DNA of 64,000 nt from Alphaproteobacteria bacterium (GTDB taxonomy: Bacteria; Pseudomonadota; Alphaproteobacteria; GM7ARS4; G965262615): NCBI GenBank assembly GCA_965262615.1, contig OZ253545.1:1-64000 (forward strand), in the 5' to 3' direction. A program made the translations under genes and the position numbers. Below the pieces are notes generated by a model that had not been told where the DNA came from, did no database searches, and saw only the letters and a program-made list of their open reading frames with translations. Shown piece after piece: positions 49,201 to 57,532 of the stretch (the stretch's first letter is position 1; every line of letters starts with the position of its first letter).

Positions 49201-50563
49201 GGAAGGCATGGAAGACCCGCAAGTGGCAAGTGACATTCGTCAATTTTGCAAAAAGAACAGCCAATTGAAAGAATCTTTGTGTCGCATCGTGGATGAGAAT
49301 ATGCACAAGAAAGTCGGGCTCAAGGATGATGCGTGGATTGATGAAATTGCGGGCAAAGACAGTCGTCTTGTTAAGGCGGTGAAGGAGGTTTTGAACGACC
49401 ATAAAAAACTGGAGGAAATTCTTGGAAAACTCAGTAAAGAAAAAAAATATCAAGAGTGCGACCAAATAGTGAAGCGTCAAAACACCATCAAAGGTGAGAG
49501 GGTTCTTGATTTTCTTTCACGCAAAGCGGTCATTCCCAAATACGGCTTTCCTGTTGATGTTGTTGAGCTTGACATCCATTCTGGTGATAAGAATGTTTCG
49601 CTCCAGCGCGACCTATCTCAGGCAATTGGCGAATATGCGGCGGGCAGCAAGGTGGTGGCTGATAAAAAGGAATGGATTCCCTACGGCATTAAGACAATTG
49701 CTGGTAAAAGGTGGAAGGAGCAGTATTACCACTACACCAATGCTCGCGACTTTAAGAATTGGAGCGAAGGTGAAAGCGAAGACGAAAAAGACAAACAGGG
49801 GCGTCAATATCTCATTCCAGAGTTTGGTTTTGTCACTGAGTGGTTCAAAAAAGCTCCAGAGCCACGGAGAGGGGCGCGCCGTCTCTACACGACGCGTCCT
49901 TTCTTTCCTGGTTTCAAGGATCAAAAAGAGCCAGAGTCCAAAAATATAGCGGGTGTGAATGTCACTCCCGCCACCCCTGGCACTCTGGTGATCCTTTGTG
50001 AAGGAAGAAAAAGAAATGGTTTTTATATTTGTCCTGATTGCGGTACTCAAAGAGCAGAGCGCGAGATTCCCCACAAAACACCGTGGGGTTCAACATGTAG
50101 GACACCGCCGCGTCCTTTTTCCCTCGGTCACGAATTGGAGACCGATGTTGTGTGTCTTCATTTTCCGAATCTGTGTGATGAATGGGAAGCTTATTCCGTT
50201 GCCTATGCGATGTTGTTGGGTGCGGCGGATAGATTGGGCGTTCCCGATAATGATTTGAATGTCACCATCACGGGAGGTAAAGGTAAAGACGAGTACGCAG
50301 TCGTACTTTATGACAATGTTCCAGGCGGAGCAGGTCTGGTGGCGCAGCTTGAGAAAGAAGATGTTTTTTGTGATATCCTTAAGAGTGCCGAAGCGCGTGT
50401 TCAAGGTCAATGTGGCTGTGATTCAAGTTGTTACGGTTGTCTTCGAAGCTATCGCAATCAGTTCGCACATGCAGACCTCAATCGGCAACGGGCAAAGGAA
50501 ATTCTCGAAAGTTGTGTGGGACAAATGGTTGGACAGGCAAGCTTGCCTTCCCTCAAAACATAG
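46274..50563 (+). CDS. Large DEAD/DEAH helicase with Zn ribbons and C-terminal DUF1998 (DruE-like)
   Basis: TGTASGKTE, YPMNALANDQ, LLTNYSMLEY, DEAH, SAT, FADSRQ, TTFELGVDLG, QRAGRAGRR, YDNVPGGAG, CGCDSSCYGCL; GAGGAG RBS. Confidence 0.9.
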   Translation: MMANEVDIKHLKQWTKRIHQRYVDYLTTSFFFSDPDLRRSFRDALGKEGRLQKEASEEHFEFKKGMHAHQLAEKIFAGKNVSDLKHALIGDALYDHQEQAIKNAFAKQKNLVVATGTASGKTESFLYPILFELFRQHLAGDLKNPGVRAMILYPMNALANDQRERLGEICKKLKEAGSQFKPTFGQYIGQTPEDEKNEWRNASEREKNRLDGELVFRKEMRDTPPHILLTNYSMLEYLLIRPKDTPLFDGDRGAHWQFLVLDEAHQYRGAKGMEIGMLMRRLKQRLRDGGRQDSFRCIATSATMSSRENQEDRKAIAEFAKKLFDEPFAEDDIIFGKREKVKDESTPSRHHAFLRGLQGAFLVHKNGKDTVALNRKDEDDSKEKSEPLEIALCRECGQHYYVGKEQDGKLREGIRDPSHEEFGVDYYLPDETGKGVLCRQCGALAKSSCDCTNSAFIAVKKCKSHKEHPDELEKCEACGYGRGSIGDPVREIVHGSDGPGTVIATTVHEVLHEFLPEDKRKILAFADSRQRAAFFAWYIEDSYRNILHRNLIYRAMNSEDIADEGLTINDLTHCVYKLWEKIGLFEKPSASKAEKSREVSESVLREAVTDDKRRSLSGVGLVKWSVKLHPNLKLPPEMLQPPWNFSEDDAYALIRYLLDNMRSHQRAISLPEDSKTAKWADISPYEQKPKGKTLVQWCNTKNTIVGWFLHRILDAKESGLSDEEKHSCAAKLLRKIWYELRDLPENDPMLMRISHRSDAFLLNCGWVRVKLAKPDEIWRCEDCTTLSSHNIRDVCPRKGCGGMLKPVDEDKQKVLEGNHYRKLYKNAHLPPKLRAKEHTAQIEANEAAQRQSEFKDGKIHLLSSSTTFELGVDLGDLDCVFLRNVPPEPFNYVQRAGRAGRRDSPGLVLTYCDRNPHDLYHYEDPERIMKGEVRPPQLHMTNHKIVSRHMVAAVLSEFFRAHPERFESVESFVDDWEGMEDPQVASDIRQFCKKNSQLKESLCRIVDENMHKKVGLKDDAWIDEIAGKDSRLVKAVKEVLNDHKKLEEILGKLSKEKKYQECDQIVKRQNTIKGERVLDFLSRKAVIPKYGFPVDVVELDIHSGDKNVSLQRDLSQAIGEYAAGSKVVADKKEWIPYGIKTIAGKRWKEQYYHYTNARDFKNWSEGESEDEKDKQGRQYLIPEFGFVTEWFKKAPEPRRGARRLYTTRPFFPGFKDQKEPESKNIAGVNVTPATPGTLVILCEGRKRNGFYICPDCGTQRAEREIPHKTPWGSTCRTPPRPFSLGHELETDVVCLHFPNLCDEWEAYSVAYAMLLGAADRLGVPDNDLNVTITGGKGKDEYAVVLYDNVPGGAGLVAQLEKEDVFCDILKSAEARVQGQCGCDSSCYGCLRSYRNQFAHADLNRQRAKEILESCVGQMVGQASLPSLKT

Positions 50564-50590
50564 GTATCATAAGGGCTTGCAGGGCACTCT

Positions 50591-50683
50591 TGGCGGAGAG
50601 GGGGGGATTCGAACCCCCGATACGGCTCAAAACCGTATAACGGATTAGCAATCCGCCGCTTTCGACCACTCAGCCACCTCTCC
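50591..50683 (-). tRNA. tRNA-Ser(GCT)
   Basis: Reverse complement GGAGAGGTGGCTGAGTGGTCGAAAGCGGCGGATTGCTAATCCG...GGTTCGAATCCCCCCCTCTCCGCCA with a long variable arm. Confidence 0.96.
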
Positions 50684-50712
50684 AAGAACCACACGCAAAC
50701 AACGCGACCACG

Positions 50713-50880
50713 CTATTTAATCTTGGCTTCTTTGAACATCACATGTTTTTTGGCAATGGGGTCGTATTTACGCACCTCCATTTTCTCGGTGACATTGCGC
50801 GGATTCTTACGGGTTACATAGAAAAAACCCGTGTCCGCCGTGCTCACCAACCTGATTTTAATCACCGCCGATTTCGCCAT
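50713..50880 (-). CDS. rpmG: 50S ribosomal protein L33
   Basis: Manual translation [55 protein letters not shown]; below the ORF-track cutoff. Confidence 0.96.
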   Translation of the reverse strand: MAKSAVIKIRLVSTADTGFFYVTRKNPRNVTEKMEVRKYDPIAKKHVMFKEAKIK

Positions 50881-50930
50881 GAACCAATCTCCTTACCCCC
50901 ACACTATAATGTTCCCCATGCCATAACAAG

Positions 50931-53498
50931 TCACGCCGCCGCGACTTTTTTGGCTTTGTGCGTCCGTGTCGGCTTGGCAGTTTTGGCTTTGGACTTGGCT
51001 TGGGGTTTGATTTTGCCTTTTCTTGCCTTTGCCGCCAGCAATGCCAAGCCTTGCTCCAGAGTCAATTCCTTTGCCTCCGTACCATGAGGCAACGGCGCGC
51101 GCACCGCATTATGCCCCACATAAAAACCATAGCGACCTCGCACCAACACCACCAATTTGCCGTCCGAAGGATGCGTCCCCAACTCGCGATCCCCTCTCGC
51201 GCGTTTTTTCTGCAACGCCGTCTCAATCAATTCCATCGCCCGATTTGCTCCGATGGTGAGAACATCCTCATCTTTGGGGATGGTCGCCGACACCCATCCG
51301 CATTGCAAATACGCCCCAAAGCGTCCCACATGAGCCATAATCATCTCATCCATTTCCTCATGACGAGTCACCTCACGCGGCAAGGAAAGCAACCGCACCG
51401 CCTTGGCAAAATCCACCGTTTCGGCTTCGTAGTGCGGCGTGAGACCAAACCGCTTGGGCTTGGGAGTCTTCTTGCCCGCCGCTCCCTCACGCTCCCAATG
51501 CAAATACGCCCCGTAAGGACCATACCGCATCGTCACCTCACCGCCATCGGGATGAACCCCCAAAATGCTTTCTTCGCGCTGAGGCTCATTGCCATCACTG
51601 CCAAAAGAACGACTATACCGACACTCAGGATACAAAGTGCAACCAATAAACGCGCCATACCGGCTCAGCTTCAAGCTCAAACGACCCTCCTCACAACGAG
51701 GACACACCTGCCCATCGGGAAATAACAATTCAGCCAATGTCTCATTCAAAGCATCAATGATGGCACGGGTGCTGAGGGAACTGGCTCCCGTCATGGCGTG
51801 AGTGAAATCTTGCCAAAACTCACCCAGCACCGATTTCCATTGATGGCGACCTTGAGCGATATCATCCAACTGATTCTCCAAAGACGCAGTGAAATCATAG
51901 GCAATGTGGCGATTGAAAAAATGATTCAAAAAACAAGTCAAAATACGCCCTCTGTTTTCAGGCATAAACCGCCGACTCTCCAGCGTCACATACTGACGCT
52001 GCTGCAACACATCAATGATGCTGGCATAGGTGGAGGGTCTGCCGATGCCCAGCTCTTCCATTTTTTTCACCAGACTCGCCTCACTGTAGCGCGGCGGCGG
52101 CTTGGTAAAATGCTGTGAGGTCTCCACCTTTTGCAATGACACCGCGTCACCCTTGTGCAGTGGCGGCAGCAACTGATTTTTGTTCTCGCCACTGTCGTCA
52201 TCATCACGCCCTTCTTCATATAATTTAAGAAAGCCGTCAAACAGCACCCGATTGCCATTGGCTCGCAAAATGAGAGAGCCGTCATCAGTGGAAATGTCTG
52301 CACTCACCTGTTCCAATTGGGCATCCGCCATTTGACACGCCATCGCCCGCCGCCAAATCAAGCCATACAATTTATGTTGGTCATCGGTCAGATGTGCTCG
52401 CATTGTGTCGGCGTGTTGCGTGCAATCGGTGGGACGAATGGCTTCGTGAGCCTCTTGAGCATTTTTTGCCTTCTTTTTGAACAGACGCTTTTGCTCAGGC
52501 ACATATTTCTTGCCATACAGAGACTCAATATGCCGCCGCAGCATGGTGACGGCATCATTGGCAAGATGAGTGGAGTCGGTACGCATATAAGTAATGAGTC
52601 CGATGCGTCCGTGTCCGATGTCAATTCCCTCATAGAGCTGTTGTGCGGTGCGCATGGTGCGTTTGGCAGAAAATCCCAATTGCCGCGCCGCCTCTTGCTG
52701 CATGGTGGAAGTGGTAAAAGGCGGCGATGGACGGCGCGCTCGCAAGGATGTCTTGTGGTCACCCACATGCAGGCGGGCTTTTTCTAAAATAGCTTGAGCG
52801 GCATGGGCATGGTCTTGAGTCAAACCGTATTGGGCGATTTTTTTGCCCTCCCTGTGGGTGAGACGCGCCTTGAATGATTCCCCGTCCTTGCTGATGAGCT
52901 GTGCCACCAGCTGCCAGTATTCTTGCGGCTCAAAAGCTTCTATTTCCAGCTCACGCTCACAAATCAATTTCAGTGCCACCGATTGCACCCGCCCCGCCGA
53001 GCGACTCCCCGGCAGCTTGCGCCACAAAAGAGGCGAGAGCGTAAAGCCCACAAGATAATCCAACGCACGGCGCGCAAAATAAGCATCCACAAGATTCTGA
53101 TTGATCGCACGCGGATGGCTCATGGCATGACGCACCGCATCCGGTGTCACTTCATGAAACACCACTCGTTTGATGTCAATGGATTTGTCTTTGAACGCCT
53201 GCTGTTTTTGCAAAGCCGCCACAATGTGCCACGAAATAGCCTCCCCTTCGCGATCGGGGTCGGTGGCAAGATAGAGCGTGGTCGCGCCATCCAACGCTTG
53301 CGTGATGCGTTTGAGTTTGTCGCGCGCGCCCTTAATCTCCACCCAGTCCATGGCGAAATCGTCATCGGGACGCACCGAGCCATTCTGTGACGGCAGGTCA
53401 CGCACATGCCCATAACTCGCCAAAACATGATAGCTGCCGCCAAGATACTTATGCAATGTCTTTGCCTTGGTGGCGGATTCTACAATCACAACATCCAT
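50931..53498 (-). CDS. topA: DNA topoisomerase I
   Basis: IVESATKAKT, GHVRDL, ATDPDREGE, SAGRVQS, LITYMRTD, GIGRPSTY. Confidence 0.96.
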   Translation of the reverse strand: MDVVIVESATKAKTLHKYLGGSYHVLASYGHVRDLPSQNGSVRPDDDFAMDWVEIKGARDKLKRITQALDGATTLYLATDPDREGEAISWHIVAALQKQQAFKDKSIDIKRVVFHEVTPDAVRHAMSHPRAINQNLVDAYFARRALDYLVGFTLSPLLWRKLPGSRSAGRVQSVALKLICERELEIEAFEPQEYWQLVAQLISKDGESFKARLTHREGKKIAQYGLTQDHAHAAQAILEKARLHVGDHKTSLRARRPSPPFTTSTMQQEAARQLGFSAKRTMRTAQQLYEGIDIGHGRIGLITYMRTDSTHLANDAVTMLRRHIESLYGKKYVPEQKRLFKKKAKNAQEAHEAIRPTDCTQHADTMRAHLTDDQHKLYGLIWRRAMACQMADAQLEQVSADISTDDGSLILRANGNRVLFDGFLKLYEEGRDDDDSGENKNQLLPPLHKGDAVSLQKVETSQHFTKPPPRYSEASLVKKMEELGIGRPSTYASIIDVLQQRQYVTLESRRFMPENRGRILTCFLNHFFNRHIAYDFTASLENQLDDIAQGRHQWKSVLGEFWQDFTHAMTGASSLSTRAIIDALNETLAELLFPDGQVCPRCEEGRLSLKLSRYGAFIGCTLYPECRYSRSFGSDGNEPQREESILGVHPDGGEVTMRYGPYGAYLHWEREGAAGKKTPKPKRFGLTPHYEAETVDFAKAVRLLSLPREVTRHEEMDEMIMAHVGRFGAYLQCGWVSATIPKDEDVLTIGANRAMELIETALQKKRARGDRELGTHPSDGKLVVLVRGRYGFYVGHNAVRAPLPHGTEAKELTLEQGLALLAAKARKGKIKPQAKSKAKTAKPTRTHKAKKVAAA

Positions 53499-53543
53499 GA
53501 CTGGCATAAGTGACAAAAGACGCCTCACAAAGCAAGAGGCAAT

Positions 53544-54653
53544 TTACGACACCAATGACACCTTATTGCCGGCATGATAACGCACCAAGCCCTCCAGCTC
53601 CAACTGCACCAGCACATAAGTCACCGCCTGATGGGATGCCCCACTCTCGCGAATGAGCTCATCCACGCCAATGGGCGTGAGGCTGAGCAGCTGCATGATG
53701 ATGTCCCGCAATTGACGCAGTTCGGTCTCATCGGGCAGTGGTTGCGGCTTGGAAGGGGGCGGAATTTTTTGCTCTCTCAGTGAGGTCATCTCTCCCTCTA
53801 AAATATCAATAATTTCCTGACCGCTCTCCACCAGATGCGCGCCGTCTTTGAGCAGTTTGTTGGGGCCTTTGCTGCGAGGGTCGGACGGTGCGCCCGGAAT
53901 GGCAAACACCTCTCTGCCTTGTTCGGCGGCACATTGTGCGGTGATGAGCGAGCCGGACCGCAACGGAGCTTCCACCACCACAACACCCACCGCCAAGCCC
54001 GACACGATGCGGTTGCGTCTGGGAAACAATTGGGGACGGGGCATCGTGCCCCAGGGCATCTCACTGATGATTGCCCCCACCGAGACGATGTCATGATACA
54101 GCTCTTCGTTTTCTGGAGGATAGATATGATCCACGCCGCCCGCCATGACCGCCACCGTTCCACCCTGCAATGCCCCTTGATGAGCGGCGGTATCAATGCC
54201 GCGTGCCAGTCCCGATACCACCACATAGCCGGCTTGGGTGAGAGCCTCACTGCATTGACGCGTCCATAGGCGGGCATGGGCGGAAGCATTGCGCGTGCCC
54301 ACCATCGCCACACACTTTTGTTGCAACAAATGATGATGCCCGCGCACCGTCACAATAGATGGCGGGTCATCCAGTTCCGCCAACAAAGGTGGATAATCCG
54401 CCGCGCCATAGACAAAAACCGATGCGTCATGGTCTTTGATGTGTTGTCGCTCTTTTTGCGCCCGTGCCTCATCACAAATCACAATGGCACTTTTGCTACG
54501 CGCCGCCATCGTGGGCAATTGACGCAATGCCTCCGTGCCACTGCCAAACAGCTCAATCAATTTGCGAAAAGTGACCGCACCCACGCGCTCACTGCGAGCC
54601 ACACGAAGGGCGGCAATCAGTTCTTCTTCCTGTTTATGAGCCGTCACCATCAT
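53544..54653 (-). CDS. dprA: DNA-processing protein DprA
   Basis: VGTRNAS, VSGLARGIDTAAH, FPRRNRIVSG, SGSLITA. Confidence 0.94.
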   Translation of the reverse strand: MMVTAHKQEEELIAALRVARSERVGAVTFRKLIELFGSGTEALRQLPTMAARSKSAIVICDEARAQKERQHIKDHDASVFVYGAADYPPLLAELDDPPSIVTVRGHHHLLQQKCVAMVGTRNASAHARLWTRQCSEALTQAGYVVVSGLARGIDTAAHQGALQGGTVAVMAGGVDHIYPPENEELYHDIVSVGAIISEMPWGTMPRPQLFPRRNRIVSGLAVGVVVVEAPLRSGSLITAQCAAEQGREVFAIPGAPSDPRSKGPNKLLKDGAHLVESGQEIIDILEGEMTSLREQKIPPPSKPQPLPDETELRQLRDIIMQLLSLTPIGVDELIRESGASHQAVTYVLVQLELEGLVRYHAGNKVSLVS

Positions 54654-55235
54654 TTATCGCACACGAAATCGGTGTTCCTTGCCGTGCCACAGGGCAATGA
54701 TATTGTGCCAGTGCGCAAGGACAATCATCAATGATATCACCACCACAGCAAACCATAACGCATCCTCTCCTTGCATCCACCACACGCACGGTGTCGCCAG
54801 TGCCATGCACACAGATGCCAGCGAAACATATCCACTGAGTAAAAAAACAATCCCCCATACACCAATCAGTGCCGCGAGCAAAACAGGCTCAAGCACCAAC
54901 ACGATGCCCACCAGCACCGCCACCCCCTTGCCGCCACGCCCATACAGCCAGATGGGAAACATATGCCCCAGCACCACACACATCATCGCCACCTGCACCA
55001 ACAGGTCGTCAGACACGAATACCGCCATCACCACAGCGGCTTTGCCGGCATCCAATACAAATGTGACCAGCCCCAGCCATCGTCCCAACAGACGAGTCAC
55101 ATTGGTCGCCCCCACATTACCGGAGCCGTGTTCGCGCACATCCACACCATAAAAACGCGCGAGCACATAGCCAAAGGGAACAGAGCCAATGCCATAGCCC
55201 ACCAATGCCGCCATCCACACAGAACCATCCATCAT
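54654..55235 (-). CDS. plsY: Glycerol-3-phosphate acyltransferase
   Basis: GSVPFG, GSGNVGATN, GHMFP, GGKGVA. Confidence 0.93.
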   Translation of the reverse strand: MMDGSVWMAALVGYGIGSVPFGYVLARFYGVDVREHGSGNVGATNVTRLLGRWLGLVTFVLDAGKAAVVMAVFVSDDLLVQVAMMCVVLGHMFPIWLYGRGGKGVAVLVGIVLVLEPVLLAALIGVWGIVFLLSGYVSLASVCMALATPCVWWMQGEDALWFAVVVISLMIVLAHWHNIIALWHGKEHRFRVR

Positions 55236-56509
55236 GACATCATCACCCCATCCACCAAAGTCCAGCGCACCGCCCCTTTGACTTTGTGTCCATCAAACGG
55301 TGTGCTATGAGAGAGGCTAACAAATGACGCGCCATCAATCACGCCCTCCTTGTTCACATCAAAACAAACCATATCCGCCGCCCACCCTTTATGCAATCCA
55401 CCCAGTGGCAGACGGGTGACTGTGGCAGGATGATGAGTCACACACGCCAGCCATGCCAACAACGAACAGTGCCCCTCATGATACAAACGCAGCGACAAAG
55501 GCAATAATGTCTCCAGTCCCACTGCGCCCACAGCCGCCTGCGAAAATGGCAGAGATTTGCTTTCGCTGTCTTGAGGCTCATGGGCTGACACAATAACATC
55601 AATCACCCCTCGCGCCACGCCCTGCACCACCGCTTGGCGGTCGCTCTCCTCACGCAATGGCGGCATGACGCGCGCCGCCGTGCAGTAATCCGTCACCGCA
55701 TCCTCCGTCAGCCACATATAAAGAGGTGCCGTGCCCGCCGTCAGAGACAAGCCCTCCGTTTTTGCCGCCGCCAACAATGACACCGCTTCGGCGGTGGTCA
55801 CCAAGTTCACATGAACGCGCGCCCCCGTCTCGCGCACCAAACGAATGATGCGCTCCAAAACCATCGCCTCCGTAAATGAAGGAATCCCCTCAACACCCAG
55901 ATGAGTCGCCAAAAAACCCTCATTCATCACGCCATGACCAAAGGATGCCTCCTGCAACGAAACAAGCAACAGAGAATCATGAGCCCTGCTATAAAGCATG
56001 GCATTATATAATGTCTTGACGGAACACATCCGCTCGCCATCGCCAAAGGCAATCACCCCCGCTTCTTGCAAAAGCCCCATGTCGGTCAGTATCTTCCCTT
56101 CTCGCCCTTGGGTGAGTGCGGCGGTGGGATAGAGCTTGCTCCTTTTGGCTTCACGAGCTTTGCGTTCCATAAATCCCACCATGCCGGCATGATCCACCAC
56201 CGGCTCGGTATCGGCGGTCGCCACCACCGCCGTCACCCCACCTTGAGCCGCCGATGACAACGCCGAGAAAATCGTCTCCTTATGAGATTCCTCATGCTCT
56301 CGCACCGACACCTGCATATCAATCAAACCCGCCGCCAGACAGTGCCCCTCACAATCCACAATGGCGCAATCACCGCCGCAATTGTCTGCCGTCACCTGCG
56401 CCCCCCAATCCTCAATCACGCCATCGCGCACCAGCACGCCTCCCATGCCGTCATGGGCGGTGGCACAATCCAGCACCCGTCCATTGACATAAGCGGTGCG
56501 CATCGTCAT
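55232..56509 (-). CDS. pyrC: Dihydroorotase-like protein (probably the inactive PyrC'-type ATCase partner)
   Basis: Amidohydrolase fold, PPLR, GLETLLP, TPFDG; HxH motif replaced by QVS; coupled to pyrB. Confidence 0.85.
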   Translation of the reverse strand: MTMRTAYVNGRVLDCATAHDGMGGVLVRDGVIEDWGAQVTADNCGGDCAIVDCEGHCLAAGLIDMQVSVREHEESHKETIFSALSSAAQGGVTAVVATADTEPVVDHAGMVGFMERKAREAKRSKLYPTAALTQGREGKILTDMGLLQEAGVIAFGDGERMCSVKTLYNAMLYSRAHDSLLLVSLQEASFGHGVMNEGFLATHLGVEGIPSFTEAMVLERIIRLVRETGARVHVNLVTTAEAVSLLAAAKTEGLSLTAGTAPLYMWLTEDAVTDYCTAARVMPPLREESDRQAVVQGVARGVIDVIVSAHEPQDSESKSLPFSQAAVGAVGLETLLPLSLRLYHEGHCSLLAWLACVTHHPATVTRLPLGGLHKGWAADMVCFDVNKEGVIDGASFVSLSHSTPFDGHKVKGAVRWTLVDGVMMS

Positions 56510-57450
56510 GACAAAACCCCCATCGCCCACTCAATGCACGCCATGCGCACCGCCACCCCATTGTGCACCTGTGATTGAATCACACTGTGATTGATGTCAT
56601 GGGCTAAGCCGCCATCAATCTCCAAACCGCGATTGATGGGACCCGGGTGCATAATCAGTGCACCCTTCGCCGCCAGACTAAAATGCTCCTGCGTCAAACC
56701 ATAGAAACGAAAATACTCCTTGCGTGATGGAATCACCCCTCGTTCAATGCGCTCCTTTTGCAACCGCAGCATCATCACAATATCACAATCGCGTATGCCT
56801 TCCTTGATATCGTAAAAACACTTCACGCCCCACCGCTCAATGTGTGATGGCATCAACGGCGGCGGCGCAATGAGGTGCAGCGATGCTCCCATTTTTTTCA
56901 ATAAGTGTATATTAGAGCGCGCAACACGCGAATGTTTGATATCACCACAAATCGCCACCCGCAAATTTTTGATGGATTTTTTGTGTTGAATCATGGTGCA
57001 CGCATCCAGCAAAGCTTGGGTTGGATGCTCATGGCGACCATCCCCCGCATTGATGACCACGCACGACAAATCATCCGCCAAATTGCGCACCGCCCCCGAA
57101 AAAGGATGACGAATCACCAACACATCAGGCTGCATGGCATCCAATGTGATGGCGGTGTCGTGCAGAGTCTCCCCCTTCTTGATGGCACTGTCCACCAATT
57201 GCAAATTGCTCACGCTGATGCCCAGTCGCTTTGCCGCCAATTCAAATGATGTGCGGGTGCGGGTGGAAGTCTCAAAAAAAAGATTCATCAGCGTGCATCC
57301 CGCCAATGAATTGTCTCCCTTTGCCTTTTTGGGGTCTCGCAGCCACGCCAGAGCGCGCGTCAAAATGACATCAATATCTTCTCGCGCCAGACCCTCAATC
57401 CCCAATAAATGCCGATGGGATGGATGTTTTGATGGGACGCGCGCAGTCAT
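56506..57450 (-). CDS. pyrB: Aspartate carbamoyltransferase
   Basis: FFETSTRTRTSFE, NAGDGRHEHPTQALLD, HSRVARS, MHPGPINRG. Confidence 0.96.
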   Translation of the reverse strand: MTARVPSKHPSHRHLLGIEGLAREDIDVILTRALAWLRDPKKAKGDNSLAGCTLMNLFFETSTRTRTSFELAAKRLGISVSNLQLVDSAIKKGETLHDTAITLDAMQPDVLVIRHPFSGAVRNLADDLSCVVINAGDGRHEHPTQALLDACTMIQHKKSIKNLRVAICGDIKHSRVARSNIHLLKKMGASLHLIAPPPLMPSHIERWGVKCFYDIKEGIRDCDIVMMLRLQKERIERGVIPSRKEYFRFYGLTQEHFSLAAKGALIMHPGPINRGLEIDGGLAHDINHSVIQSQVHNGVAVRMACIEWAMGVLS

Positions 57451-57532
57451 CAAAGGGTGAGTATGAAGCAACCGCCACCCTCGCACAAGAGGTCATCTTG
57501 ACCTGCCCTCATATTTTCTGCCACAGTGGCTT

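Larger units (their letters stand above)
40987..50640. mobile_element. Genomic (defence) island integrated at tRNA-Ser(GCT); no integrase retained
   Basis: Flanking ~50-bp direct repeats, R-M and helicase cargo, visibly lower GC in much of it. Confidence 0.85.
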
